Notes: a model not told the origin generated them from the letters alone. 64,000 bases of DNA from Cyanobacteria bacterium P01_E01_bin.6 (GCA_039194035.1 JBCCWF010000001.1:3970-67969); one strand, 5' to 3'; counted from the first letter of the stretch, positions 47,518 through 58,193 are shown. Translations and numbers: made by a program.

Positions 47518-49683
47518 ATGTTTGAAGCGCAATCAAGCAGTCAGTTTGAACAAGAGCTAGAGATTAAGAATAATGTTCTGTTCGGAGCTTTCGATGACGA
47601 CGACGACGATGACGATGATGATGATGACGACGACGATAACTCAACGGTAATCATTGAACGAGATAAGAATATCTTTGGATTCACCAGTGTCTTTATAGAA
47701 GGTCGCAGTAGTGTTGTCAGCAAAGAATTTACAACCTTCGGTGGATTAACGACCTCTGCGAATCTCTTTGTAGCCAAGCAATATGATTCCTCTGTGACCA
47801 TTTCAATGACGAGTGCCTCTGGAATTACTGACTCAATTGGCTATGTAGATGACGATGGCAATCTGATGCCAACGAAGGAAAATCCACTTGCTGGCAAGAA
47901 ATCAGGTGATATCTCTCAGCTTGATATTGAGAAATCGCTTAAGTTCAACCATGAATTAGTTCTCGTGAGCCTTACCCGACAACACATTGTTCAACTGCTT
48001 GAATATGCGCTGTCGACTGGTGATGCTAATCGTGCAGAGTCGTTGTTTCCTCAGGTGACTGGGCTGTCCTTCAGCTATGACCTTACGATGCCAGTAGGTA
48101 AGCGCGTGCGATCGCTTTCTGTGACCGATGAAGCAGGAAAAATACTCGACATTATTGTCAAGAAAGGTACCTTCCAGGGAAAGCAAAACAAGTCTTACCG
48201 GGTTGTAACCACCAATTTCTTGGCAAATGGTGGGGATGGATATTTGTTTCCGCAGCTTGCCTCGAATCGCATTAACCTCACAGAAGTCAATATCCAAAAT
48301 CAAACCAACATTGTAAAGTTCGCAAAATTTGGAACTGAGCAAAATGCATTGGCTGAATATTTAGCTCGTACGTATCGCACAACCCCATTCAAGACTCGAG
48401 AAACTACGATTGATCAAGACATTCGTATCCAAAATCTGAGCTTCCGATCAGATACGGTCATCGATATCAATGTGAACCAGTTTTTCCTCGTGGGCGGGAA
48501 GAAGAAAGATAAGATATTGGGTGGTAATCTAGACGATATCTTGAAAGGACAGGGAGGCGATGATCGGGTCGTGGGTCGTGGTGGTCACGACGATCTCTAT
48601 GGCAATAACGGGAACGACAAAGTCAAAGGAGGCTCCGGAAATGACAACATTTATGGAGGAAAAGGCAACGATAGACTCGTTGGTAGTAAAGGGGATGACA
48701 TCATCGATGGAGGTAAGGGCAATGACGTCATCATTGGCTCAAAAGGTGATGATACTTTGTTTGGGGGAGATGGGGATGACAGGATTTTAGGCGGTTCAGG
48801 TGACGATGATATGGATGGTGGCAAAGGCGATGATCGTCTCTCAGGAGGGCGTGGCAATGACGTGATCGCTGGCGGTGATGGAGATGATTTGCTTGTAGGA
48901 GGCCAGGGGGATGATGTTCTGCGAGGCGGCAAGGGAGATGACATCTTACTTGCTACTGGCGGTAATACGCTCTTAGATGGCGGAACAGGTGATGATTTAC
49001 TGGTTGGAGGGAAAGGGAACGATACGTTTGTGATTGCTGGTGCCGGAACTAAAACCATCCGTGAGTTTGGCTCAAATGGAAGCGATCGCCTCTTCTTTCA
49101 GGATTATTCGTTTGATGAACTATCCATTGAGCAATCGGGTAATGACACCGTCATTCAATTTGAGGACAACATTCTGGCGGTGCTTCTGAATGTTCAAGTT
49201 GAGACGATTGACGATTCACTCATTAACTCCCCTGACTCTAATACGGATCTATCTGAGCGTTTAGGAAAACCAAAATCTCTGACATTTGAGTATGTCGGGG
49301 GGACTGACCTTGTGACCGGGCAAGATTCTAAAAAAGCAACCGTTAATGGAGATGGCGATGAAGATGATGATTTAGCTTACTTTGTTGTTTCCGATCGGAA
49401 TAAAGTGTCTGATGTTCTAGACAACAAAGGCTCTACTTATTTCGAGGGTGAAGTCAACCTCGGGGATGAGTTTACGGCTGATATTGACATTGCAGGAACT
49501 AAAAAGTTCAAATCCAAGACGTTCATCTATCTTTTTGAGGATGCCAACGCATTCCAAGATGGAAAGCAACCTCTTCAATCTTTGCAATATCATACCTCCG
49601 GCTCAGAACCCATGAAGCTTGGGGACATCATCGGCGGTGTTGAATTGACCGCATATACCGGAGACTTAGGCAGCGCGAGTTAA
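47518..49683 (+). CDS. secreted RTX-type calcium-binding protein with N-terminal poly-Asp tract, 5'-nucleotidase C-terminal-like domain and haemolysin-type Ca-binding nonapeptide repeats
   Basis: D15 run (47596-47640). NFLANGGDGYLFPQ (5_nucleotid_C-like). More than 15 GGxGxDxLxG repeats (GGKGNDRLVGSKGDDIIDGGKGNDVIIG...). No N-terminal signal peptide, consistent with type I secretion. Confidence 0.7.
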   Translation: MFEAQSSSQFEQELEIKNNVLFGAFDDDDDDDDDDDDDDDNSTVIIERDKNIFGFTSVFIEGRSSVVSKEFTTFGGLTTSANLFVAKQYDSSVTISMTSASGITDSIGYVDDDGNLMPTKENPLAGKKSGDISQLDIEKSLKFNHELVLVSLTRQHIVQLLEYALSTGDANRAESLFPQVTGLSFSYDLTMPVGKRVRSLSVTDEAGKILDIIVKKGTFQGKQNKSYRVVTTNFLANGGDGYLFPQLASNRINLTEVNIQNQTNIVKFAKFGTEQNALAEYLARTYRTTPFKTRETTIDQDIRIQNLSFRSDTVIDINVNQFFLVGGKKKDKILGGNLDDILKGQGGDDRVVGRGGHDDLYGNNGNDKVKGGSGNDNIYGGKGNDRLVGSKGDDIIDGGKGNDVIIGSKGDDTLFGGDGDDRILGGSGDDDMDGGKGDDRLSGGRGNDVIAGGDGDDLLVGGQGDDVLRGGKGDDILLATGGNTLLDGGTGDDLLVGGKGNDTFVIAGAGTKTIREFGSNGSDRLFFQDYSFDELSIEQSGNDTVIQFEDNILAVLLNVQVETIDDSLINSPDSNTDLSERLGKPKSLTFEYVGGTDLVTGQDSKKATVNGDGDEDDDLAYFVVSDRNKVSDVLDNKGSTYFEGEVNLGDEFTADIDIAGTKKFKSKTFIYLFEDANAFQDGKQPLQSLQYHTSGSEPMKLGDIIGGVELTAYTGDLGSAS

Positions 49684-49860
49684 CTTAAAATTGATAAAGG
49701 CTCGTTACATTGCAATGGGCTTTTATCAATATCTTACCCGTGTCTTATTCATGCTTCTCGTGGTCATAGTCTGAAGAGAGAGATGTTTATGGGGATATTA
49801 CGTGTCCTCGTGAACATGTCTCTTGTGTCAACTAACGGATCTACTGACAGCTAAGTAAGT

Positions 49861-49945
49861 GGCCACAAAACCCATAAAACCCTTCGCCGTCCACTGCTCG
49901 GGTGGCGAAGGGTTGTGAATGTGGATCCTAATTGTGCCGAGGTAC
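49861..49945. repeat. divergent MITE family A-like copy (hairpin CCCTTCGCCGTCCACTGCTCGGGTGGCGAAGGG)
   Basis: Flanks resemble AAAACCCATAAAACC and GAGGTACTTATAG of family A. Lower confidence. Confidence 0.35.
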
Positions 49946-50168
49946 TTATAGCGTTTACCCTATGTCACGAACGCCTATATCACGAACGAGAGATGGCAGC
50001 GCCTTTTCTCCAGACTGCTGTGCATACACATCGTGTTTCATATACGCAAGATCGAAGAACCCTTTCTTAGTTCTCTTTGATGACTTCTTTCACCATTTCT
50101 GGGGATGGATGACGGGTTCTTTGCGTCAAAGAATGAATTAAAAATTTATGGCTATGGTTATTAAAGCT

Positions 50169-50265
50169 GACTTGGCAACGTTTGCAGAGGACTAGGGTTT
50201 GGAGCGCGCAACGCACGCCCCAAACCCTTAATTCTTCGTTGCCATTGTGAGAGGTTTGCCAAGTC
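50169..50265. repeat. MITE-like repeat family B copy 3
   Basis: GACTTGGCAACGTTTGCAGAGGACTAGGGTTTGGAGCGCGCAACGCACGCCCCAAACCCTTAATTCTTCGTTGCCATTGTGAGAGGTTTGCCAAGTC. Confidence 0.7.
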
Positions 50266-50422
50266 ATGTATTACCCCCGCGACTTGCTATGGAGAAATGA
50301 GAGGAGGGCTAGCTTCCTTTGACTAGGGTAATAAGCTGTTAGCGATTCAATTGCATGGCTGTACCCCTAATCCGGCAGGGTACAGCTACCAAAATACTCA
50401 AAACACGTGAATTTTAAGCTTA

Positions 50423-51526
50423 TCAAGCTGGGCAACGATGCTGATAAGCCTGCCAGGTTAAGCCTAAGAGGCAGATGGTGGCGATCGCCAATGTAATGAC
50501 ACCTATCGGACGATTGATCAACAACAGTGCAAAACTACTTGCCCAAGCGGTTAACGCATAAATGAGCAACACCGTTAGGCGGTGGGGAATGCCTGCAGAA
50601 AGTAGCCGATGGTGGAGGTGGCGCTGATCGGCTCTAAAGGGGGATTGTCCGTGTAAAAGGCGAGTTGCAATGACCGCGGACATGTCGACCAGCGGAACCG
50701 CTAACACAAGTGCAGGGAGGGCGATCGCCGTTACGGTTGCTGTTTTTGCTAGCCCCAGAATGCTAACACTCGCTAGTAAAAAGCCAATCAGATAAGACCC
50801 ACCATCTCCCATGAAAATAGTGGCTGGGTTGAAGTTGTAATAGAGAAATCCAATGAGGCTACCAATGAGTGGTAGTAATATGATGACCATAAATGGCTGA
50901 TGGGTTTGGATGCCAATGATGAGCATGACGGTGGCCGCGATGCCAGACACCCCAGCGGCAAGACCATCTAATCCATCTGTCCAATTAATTGCATTGACCA
51001 CTCCAGTGAGCCACAGAATCGTAATTGGCAAACTCAACCACTCTAATTGCACGATGCCGATGTTGGGAATCGATACAAAGTCAATGCGGACTCCCAATCC
51101 CCAAACCATGATGGCGATCGCACTTTGCATCCACAGGCGATGAAATGCCGAGAGATTGATCAAATCATCGGACAGGCCAATCAAAAAAAAGCTTGTGCTT
51201 CCGAGTAAAATACCCCACATGGGTGTCGGTAACTCAGTGAGCAACAGAGACTGACTCCACGCTGCCATTCCAAATCCAGCCAGCGTTCCAACTGCGATGG
51301 CAATGCCTCCGAGGCGCACGATGGGGCGCTGATGTACTTTTCGGGTGGACGGCCGATCAACTTGATTATAGCGTTGAGCAGTTCGATTAATGGCCGGAAT
51401 CGTCAGCAGGACAATCCCGAGGGAGCAGAGTGGAGCCAGCAAAATCCACAGGGAGATGGACGGACGCGATTCAAACAGAGGGGAAGACGAAAGCAGACTG
51501 AAACCAATGTCTGGAAGGAGTGGCAT
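50423..51526 (-). CDS. UDP-HexNAc:undecaprenyl-phosphate HexNAc-1-phosphate transferase (MraY/WecA/WbpL GT4 family), initiating glycosyltransferase
   Basis: 10-11 TM helices with conserved DD and NxxNxxDGxDGL motifs (NAINWTDGLDGLAAG). Confidence 0.7.
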   Translation of the reverse strand: MPLLPDIGFSLLSSSPLFESRPSISLWILLAPLCSLGIVLLTIPAINRTAQRYNQVDRPSTRKVHQRPIVRLGGIAIAVGTLAGFGMAAWSQSLLLTELPTPMWGILLGSTSFFLIGLSDDLINLSAFHRLWMQSAIAIMVWGLGVRIDFVSIPNIGIVQLEWLSLPITILWLTGVVNAINWTDGLDGLAAGVSGIAATVMLIIGIQTHQPFMVIILLPLIGSLIGFLYYNFNPATIFMGDGGSYLIGFLLASVSILGLAKTATVTAIALPALVLAVPLVDMSAVIATRLLHGQSPFRADQRHLHHRLLSAGIPHRLTVLLIYALTAWASSFALLLINRPIGVITLAIATICLLGLTWQAYQHRCPA

Positions 51527-51650
51527 GGTTCAAATGCATAGGTTGAGAGAACTGATGAATCGAGTCGGTTTAAAGGATGGGCACGCTTCATTCTTGTTGC
51601 AGAAGGCTTTGGAGACGGGTGATTATGTGACTGGCCTGCAACTATCGACA

Positions 51651-53192
51651 TCACGGTCGATTGGCTAATGTAAGCGTGTTGGCATACGACGTAAGTCGTT
51701 CCGACTGAACAACACCCTCAAACAAAACACTGTGATACTGACGAGCAATATGGTCAGGAGTGAAATGGTGCTGAAGATAGAGTCGTCCACTTTGCCCCAT
51801 TTGTTGTGCAATCGCTGGGGTTGAATGGAGCAGTCGAATAAAATCTGCCAGTCCTTGACTATCTCCACTCGTGAAGGTTGCTCCACATTCTGCATCGTGG
51901 ATCAGAGACGTCAGATAAGACTGGCGATCGCAAATGGCTGCAATCGGTCGTTGGGAGGCAAGTGCAGAATACAACTTACTGGGAGCGACAAGACCTTCTG
52001 CTTCTGGGGTGACACTGACCAGAGAGAGGTCGCAAGCCGTTAACGAAAAGGGCAGGTCAGCCTTATCTTGGTAGGGTAAAAAGAGGCCATTTTTCAATCC
52101 CAGAGCGTCGGCCTGCTCAATGAGATGCGTGCGCTTTGCTCCCCCTCCAATGAACACAAATTGGATGGGGTCATCCTTGAGCAATTGCATGGTCTCCAAA
52201 ATGGTTTGGGCATCATGGCACCGCCCCATATTCCCGGAATACATGACAGTAAATGGCGTGACTAAATTATGCTTGTGAGCGAACCAGTTTTCGTCCTTCT
52301 TCCGAGGAACAATGACCTCAGGATTTGCCCAACTGTGGATGATCGAAATTTTATCTGAGACCTCTGGGCAGTGGGCGATCACTCGTTCTTTCATCGATGA
52401 ACTAAGCACAATGATACTATCGGCCCGATTCCAGACTTGGCGATTGATCCAGCGCCAGAGTCGAGACACCCAATGGTCCTCATGAATGACGCTCAACTGA
52501 ATGGCAACATCAGGATACAGATCGTAGATAAGACAAACGTAAGACATGCCCAGAAACATCTTGGCGAGATATCCCAATACGGGGAGAAATGGGGGGGCCG
52601 TCGTAATTAAAATCTGATCCGTATGATGAGCGTTTCGAATCAGGTGGAGTGCTGCTCGGAGGCAATAAAATAGTCCATTTACCGCTTTACCCCGAATTCG
52701 GGAGGGCCAGAGACTCGCAAGGCGCGATCGCCGAATACTCACATGGCCATGGGTTTCTCGACTGGGTGCATCGGTGGATTGAAAGGCATAGGCAGGTTGT
52801 CCTGCAAAGACACGAATCCTGACCCCTTGCTGGCTAAGGTTCGTTACCAATTCGCTGAGCAATTGACCGGTGGGTGCATAGTCAGGCGTGAAGAACTGAT
52901 TGAGAATAATGAGCCTCGGAGAAACAGTACGTGAGGTGGTGTTGGCGTCTTCTGACTGAGGAGTAGATCGCTGGCCAAACAACGCACTGTGCTGTTTGTT
53001 GAAGTGGAGTCTTGGAGCTGATCGCACGAGGAATAGACCTCCAGAATAAGTGAGCACAGAGGCCATCGGATCAACAAGAGCACGAGCAACAATAATGCAC
53101 ATGTCTGCTAGTCCTGGACTCAAGGTTCTGGAGATGCACCGAGGTAGCCATGATGATTGAGCCAGATAGGGCATTGCCCTAGTGCTCAACAA
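51651..53192 (-). CDS. glycosyltransferase family 4 (GT-B, group 1); N-terminal start uncertain
   Basis: PRLIILNQFFTPDYAPTG (GT4 N-terminal domain). C-terminal E-x7-E region. Confidence 0.6.
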   Translation of the reverse strand: MLSTRAMPYLAQSSWLPRCISRTLSPGLADMCIIVARALVDPMASVLTYSGGLFLVRSAPRLHFNKQHSALFGQRSTPQSEDANTTSRTVSPRLIILNQFFTPDYAPTGQLLSELVTNLSQQGVRIRVFAGQPAYAFQSTDAPSRETHGHVSIRRSRLASLWPSRIRGKAVNGLFYCLRAALHLIRNAHHTDQILITTAPPFLPVLGYLAKMFLGMSYVCLIYDLYPDVAIQLSVIHEDHWVSRLWRWINRQVWNRADSIIVLSSSMKERVIAHCPEVSDKISIIHSWANPEVIVPRKKDENWFAHKHNLVTPFTVMYSGNMGRCHDAQTILETMQLLKDDPIQFVFIGGGAKRTHLIEQADALGLKNGLFLPYQDKADLPFSLTACDLSLVSVTPEAEGLVAPSKLYSALASQRPIAAICDRQSYLTSLIHDAECGATFTSGDSQGLADFIRLLHSTPAIAQQMGQSGRLYLQHHFTPDHIARQYHSVLFEGVVQSERLTSYANTLTLANRP

Positions 53193-53652
53193 TCTATTGG
53201 AAAGTGAAAGATAACGTTGCCTGGAGAAGAAATGTGACCCGATGGTGTTTGCGTTCAGGGAACCTAGATCTCAGTGCTTTTACACCTGCTTTCTATACAC
53301 GTTTCACACGCTAAGAGTGTTATACAAGCCTTTTACTTAGTGTCAGAACAAAATAGTGTCAGAACAAAATAAATTTATTTGCTCATATGGCAGGGATAAC
53401 GTTGGTACATAAAAGCCAATCAGAATCAGGCTGACTCATCGTTGATTAGTTCGCAATGGCCTATTGGAATCAGCACACGTTGAGCATACATTTATACTTT
53501 CAATGATCCGCAAGGTAGTCAGAAGAAAACGGGGTCAAACAATATAAATTTGCTGTAAAAAAAAAGAACGTCCTTGTGGAATTTACGTATAGTTATCCGG
53601 AATCAGAAACCCCACGTTCGATCAGCTGATGTGGAAAATGTTGCTGCTGTGA

Positions 53653-54261
53653 CTACATTCGTAATTGAGGATGGAGGCTAGCTCCAGTGTGACCTGTCAC
53701 TATCCAAAGAATCGATCGCCCAATATCCCGTGCAACCTTAATGAGAGATTCATTGGGTTGCTGGGAGGGGATGATGACGGGGGTAGTGGTGATTCCCCGA
53801 CTGCCGAAGACGAAAAAGGCGATCGCCCGTGCGCGGCGCATATGGAAATCTGAGGTGATGAGGTAAAGGTGGTGAATGTCGCGATCGCGAAAGTCTTTGA
53901 CGAGGGAGGTGAAGTTGGTGACGGTGTCGATAGCTCGGCGATCGATGTTGATGCGGTTATCGGCGATCGCGGCGCGTCGAAAAATGTCTTTGGCCTGTTG
54001 GGTCGATGCGCCAGAGGACACCCAAATATCTAAAGTTGGATGTTGTTGGGCAAAGAGTGCAGTGAATTCTTCCCGACCGGAGCCTCCTCCAAGGGTAAAG
54101 ATGACTTGAGGAATTGGAGATCGCATCTGAGCAAGGACTAAGCGAATTGGAATGAAACTAATGAGAAGGACGAGGATACTTGTGGTAAAAGCAACCCACA
54201 TAGTGCGATAGTTTTTTGAGCGGAGATACATCGAGATTCGGCTGATAAAGATTTTCAGCAT
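53653..54261 (-). CDS. DUF218 / YdcF-ElyC-SanA-like envelope biogenesis protein
   Basis: N-terminal TM. Conserved LGGGSGREEF...WVSSGAS pattern of DUF218. Confidence 0.5.
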   Translation of the reverse strand: MLKIFISRISMYLRSKNYRTMWVAFTTSILVLLISFIPIRLVLAQMRSPIPQVIFTLGGGSGREEFTALFAQQHPTLDIWVSSGASTQQAKDIFRRAAIADNRINIDRRAIDTVTNFTSLVKDFRDRDIHHLYLITSDFHMRRARAIAFFVFGSRGITTTPVIIPSQQPNESLIKVARDIGRSILWIVTGHTGASLHPQLRM

Positions 54262-54361
54262 TCCGCTCCAGTCTATCTATAAGAAGTGATTATCATCTAG
54301 TATTTGAGCCAAGCAGTTAGTATTTGAGCCAAGCAGTAGATGATTCTCGTGATTGTCTTTA

Positions 54362-55579
54362 TCAATGAGTACTTGTCACATCAGCCTTTATGGGTGTTTC
54401 CAAAATTCGGGAATATTCCAATTTCAGCTTACTGGCAATTTGATCCCATGAGTAATTTTCAAAAATGAATTGACGAGCGCGCTCGCCCATATCCTTTGCT
54501 TCAGAAGGATGATGGAGACAAGTCATTAACGCTGTTTCAATAGCATTTGGATTTGGATTAACAACATGGGCAACTCCATGCTTTGCTGCCTCAGGGAAAT
54601 TACATTCAGTTGTAATAATGCAGGGTAACCCTGATGCCATACCTTCCAAAATCGACATGCTACATCCTTCTGAGTAGGAAGGGGAGACGTAGAGATTAGC
54701 TGCTGCCAAAGCAGCATATTTCAGAGATCCTGACAGCATACCTGTAAAGGTTACAGCATCCAAACAATTTCTATCAGCAAAGTAACTTTGGACTGTGGGT
54801 GTAAAATTGATGCTATCTGGGCCTGCAACAATTAAGTGAATGTTATGAAACGTGGTACGAACGTTAGCAAATGCAGGAGCTAAAAGATCTAGCCCTTTTT
54901 TAGGATCAATGCGCCCTAAAAAAAGAATAAGTATCTTTCCCTTGAGCTCAGGAAAGTGTTGATAAAACAATTCCACGCTTGGCAATCGTTCAAATTCTTG
55001 TGGATGAATCCCATTGGGGATGAATGTTGTTTGAAGATGTCCTAATTGATTAACTTGTTCAGTTTCAGATAGAGAGAGAACCTGAATGGATTTGGCACAT
55101 TCAAGGGCACTTTTTTCAAAGCACGCGTAATAGACGCGTTTTTTCCATGCTTTGTAAGCGAGTGCCCAAGAATCAAGCATGCCGTGAGGGGTCATGATGT
55201 AAGGGCGTTGATGAATACGACAAATTGCATGAGTTAGTGTAACGATCGGCGCAAAAAGAGTATGAGTGTGAACAATGTCGTAATGTTGGATATTCTCTAC
55301 AAGCCATTGAATCAATGATGGACTGAATACTAGATCGCTACGATGCCAACTGGAAAAATAGCGTACTCGATAATGGTGCTCGCTAATCCACTGATTAATC
55401 GGAACAGATAATGTTTGAGAATCTTCTGCGTTGGTCGTCACAACGTCAACATTGATGTTGAGCTGTCCTAAAGTATTGGCTAAAGACTGAACGACCTGCG
55501 ATGTTCCTCCATAGGCAGACGCTAAGTACGGAATAACCATTAAAATTTTCATAAAATCAATTAGAGAAAGAAGGCTCAC
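54362..55579 (-). CDS. glycosyltransferase family 1 (GT4-type GT-B)
   Basis: MKILMVIPYLASAYGG N-terminus. C-terminal EGCSMSILEGMASGLPCI (E-x7-E). Confidence 0.7.
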   Translation of the reverse strand: MSLLSLIDFMKILMVIPYLASAYGGTSQVVQSLANTLGQLNINVDVVTTNAEDSQTLSVPINQWISEHHYRVRYFSSWHRSDLVFSPSLIQWLVENIQHYDIVHTHTLFAPIVTLTHAICRIHQRPYIMTPHGMLDSWALAYKAWKKRVYYACFEKSALECAKSIQVLSLSETEQVNQLGHLQTTFIPNGIHPQEFERLPSVELFYQHFPELKGKILILFLGRIDPKKGLDLLAPAFANVRTTFHNIHLIVAGPDSINFTPTVQSYFADRNCLDAVTFTGMLSGSLKYAALAAANLYVSPSYSEGCSMSILEGMASGLPCIITTECNFPEAAKHGVAHVVNPNPNAIETALMTCLHHPSEAKDMGERARQFIFENYSWDQIASKLKLEYSRILETPIKADVTSTH

Positions 55580-56757
55580 ATTGCTTCTAAAGCGTAGTCA
55601 ATGGCTTGTTCTAGACCATTACCAAAGGAAGCTGGAGAGAATTTCTGAACATGGGTCAGCGCTGCCTGTCCCATTTGTACTAAATCTAGATCCTTACGAC
55701 TGCTTAGTTTTTGCATCAACGCTGCCAATTGCATTACATTTTCAGGATCAAATCCAAAACCATTGCTCCCTTCAATAATCAACTCTGAATAGCAACCGCA
55801 TCGATTTGATACGAGAGCAGGCAGCCCAGCTGCTAATGCTTCGTTAACGACCAACCCCCACTGCTCACTTAATGCGGGGTGAATAAATCCACTCGCTAGA
55901 CCGAACCAATATGGAATCGCTTTGTAAGGCTGAAATCCAGGTAAATGTACACTTTGCTCGAGCTGACGATTTTGGATATGTGTCCTAATGCGATCGCTCT
56001 CTTGTCCACTCCCACAAATGACTAAATCCCATGCATTTTCTAAACCCACGGTTTTGCGATATTGGTCAAATGCTTCTATCAACCGTAGAACATTTTTACG
56101 GGGAATAAATCTAGTCACTGTAATAAAATAAGGGCGTATTGGAATCTGAGGATGATATTGGCGAATCGTGCAAGGATTATGCCGTGCTTGAGCAGCCTTC
56201 TCTGTGAAGTAATCATTATCAACGATATCGTACCCGTAAAAAATTCCTTGCGTTGAAAACCCTAGTTTCACTAAATACTCTTTATGTAATGCTCCACCGA
56301 CTAAGGCAGATTGAAACTTGCGCGTATATAAAAGCGATTTAAGTAATTCTTTCCACCTCGATCGGGGCGCGTCATCCCATTTACTTTCACTCATGAGGAT
56401 GGCCGGTCGTCGATGATGTTGTGCCCACTTCAGGGCCACTCGCGACATGGGATAGCCCCACCCTGGAATGACCAGAATATCTGGGTTCAGGTGTCGTAAG
56501 CAATTCGGTAATCGTTTTGCCGCGAGAGTGGATTGGGGATGGCGATGTCTAACATTGGGAACCTCTTTGGCAGGCAACAAAGTGACGAGAGGAAAACTAA
56601 TCTCTTTCTCTAAGTCTCCCCAAGGATGTTCGTCGGCATTATCTGTTTCCTGAATCGCTGTCAGCCGCCACCCTCGCTGTCTGAAAACAGCCTCGGCTGC
56701 ACGCAATCGAGCTGCATGATAGCCCCCAATATTATGAAATAAAACAACAATATGCAT
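55576..56757 (-). CDS. glycosyltransferase family 1
   Basis: MHIVVLFHNIGGYHAARL. C-terminal EQWGLVVNEALAAGLPALVS motif. Stop overlaps the downstream gene start by 4 nt. Confidence 0.7.
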   Translation of the reverse strand: MHIVVLFHNIGGYHAARLRAAEAVFRQRGWRLTAIQETDNADEHPWGDLEKEISFPLVTLLPAKEVPNVRHRHPQSTLAAKRLPNCLRHLNPDILVIPGWGYPMSRVALKWAQHHRRPAILMSESKWDDAPRSRWKELLKSLLYTRKFQSALVGGALHKEYLVKLGFSTQGIFYGYDIVDNDYFTEKAAQARHNPCTIRQYHPQIPIRPYFITVTRFIPRKNVLRLIEAFDQYRKTVGLENAWDLVICGSGQESDRIRTHIQNRQLEQSVHLPGFQPYKAIPYWFGLASGFIHPALSEQWGLVVNEALAAGLPALVSNRCGCYSELIIEGSNGFGFDPENVMQLAALMQKLSSRKDLDLVQMGQAALTHVQKFSPASFGNGLEQAIDYALEAM

Positions 56758-56822
56758 AAATGGAAGAAAGCATAACTCCTAGTAAGCCATCAGCCAGTAA
56801 TCACTATATGTATTTAGAGACC

Positions 56823-58193
56823 TCATTCAGAGGCATTTTCATGGTTTTTAGAAATATTGCTCCCAACTGAATGGGCTGAACCTCCATATGATTGCTGATA
56901 CCACTCCTGGTATAGGCGCTTTAAATCAAACTCTTTGCGCTTAATCCACAGCACTAGGAAACAGGGCCAAAACGCCATGCCTAACCAAGCTACTATCCCT
57001 GCCATGTCTCCTCCTCGTAAAACAGGCACCAGTGAAGCACATATCATTGCTCGTACCAATACACCTGCAAAGGGATGAAGCCACACCGTCCAGCGAACAA
57101 GTCGAGCCAGAACAATGCCGTAACCAATTGCCAGAGCTACCATGGCAATCATGCCGCCTTCGCTGTAGAAATCGCCAAATAAGGTTGGCGAAATACCAAT
57201 GGTGAATCCTCCATGTGCACTGGACAGTCCGGCTTGAGCCATATAACCTCCTCCCACTGGCTTATATGGCCAAATGGCCCTTGGGATTGGTCGAAGTAAT
57301 ATCTCCAAATGGGTCATTCCGAGGCGAAAGGGTACGCGATTAGGCATAAAGCGCCTGAGGATTACAAAACCATCCAGCATGTTGGCATCCTCTGCGCCGA
57401 TGAAACGTTCAAGAGCAACAGCCTGCAACGTTCCATCAGCGCCGTGACTGCGCAGCGCACCAGCAATCGCAAATACACTGGCGGCTAAAACAAGAAATCC
57501 ACCCAAAAAACACAACCGATATTTTGGCTTGAAAGAAGATGAGAAGATAATACCTGTAGTTGCGAGCCAACCAATAAGTTGAAAGCGACCGCTTACTTTG
57601 AAGGTTAAATTCGCAACACCCACCAAAATAATGATGGCTGCGACTTTATGCCACCGGCGCGGCATTCCTCCAAATTTCCACATACACATAATCAGCGTAG
57701 CAATTCCGACCAAGACGAAAGGAAACTGATACAGATATCCACTGACCTGAAAAGCTAAGGATCGTCCTGCTCGGAGTTGTCCCACAACACTGCCACGAGT
57801 AATGAGCACCAACGGCAGACAGAATAAGCCAAATGTGATTACCTTGGGTCGAAGCCACACCAGAAATGGGCTGAGAGTCATTGATTCGACGATTGGCATT
57901 CGCCGCTTTTGGTTCCAGAGATATGCAATTAAAAAGCAGCTTTGAGCCAATACTAAGTAAGCTAGTGCCTCAAGCGATTCAGAGGTTGTAACGCGAGGAA
58001 TACCAAATTGGGACAAATTGACCCAATTGTTTAACCCGATGGAAACCACCCAGTACCGATAGCCCGTTACGTACAGAAGGAAAAAGCTAACTAGCAAGGG
58101 AATTTCATCATTGCGGCGCAATAACCAAAAACAACCAATAGCTAGCCAGCCAAGCTGTATTCCAATCAGTTCTGGGTAGTTAAGCAGAGGCAT
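56823..58193 (-). CDS. O-antigen ligase / Wzy-like polysaccharide polymerase membrane protein
   Basis: ~12 TM helices with a large periplasmic loop. Sits in the glycosyltransferase cluster. Confidence 0.5.
   Translation of the reverse strand: MPLLNYPELIGIQLGWLAIGCFWLLRRNDEIPLLVSFFLLYVTGYRYWVVSIGLNNWVNLSQFGIPRVTTSESLEALAYLVLAQSCFLIAYLWNQKRRMPIVESMTLSPFLVWLRPKVITFGLFCLPLVLITRGSVVGQLRAGRSLAFQVSGYLYQFPFVLVGIATLIMCMWKFGGMPRRWHKVAAIIILVGVANLTFKVSGRFQLIGWLATTGIIFSSSFKPKYRLCFLGGFLVLAASVFAIAGALRSHGADGTLQAVALERFIGAEDANMLDGFVILRRFMPNRVPFRLGMTHLEILLRPIPRAIWPYKPVGGGYMAQAGLSSAHGGFTIGISPTLFGDFYSEGGMIAMVALAIGYGIVLARLVRWTVWLHPFAGVLVRAMICASLVPVLRGGDMAGIVAWLGMAFWPCFLVLWIKRKEFDLKRLYQEWYQQSYGGSAHSVGSNISKNHENASE

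Noticed and set aside
47541-47801. 86-aa minus-strand ORF with poly-Ser
   Set aside because: Antisense of the poly-Asp tract (GAT/GAC read as ATC/GTC gives Ser). Artefact.
48651-49058. 135-aa minus-strand ORF (Pro/Ser-rich) inside the RTX gene
   Set aside because: Reverse-complement reading of the GGxGxD repeat DNA. Antisense shadow of a strongly supported gene.
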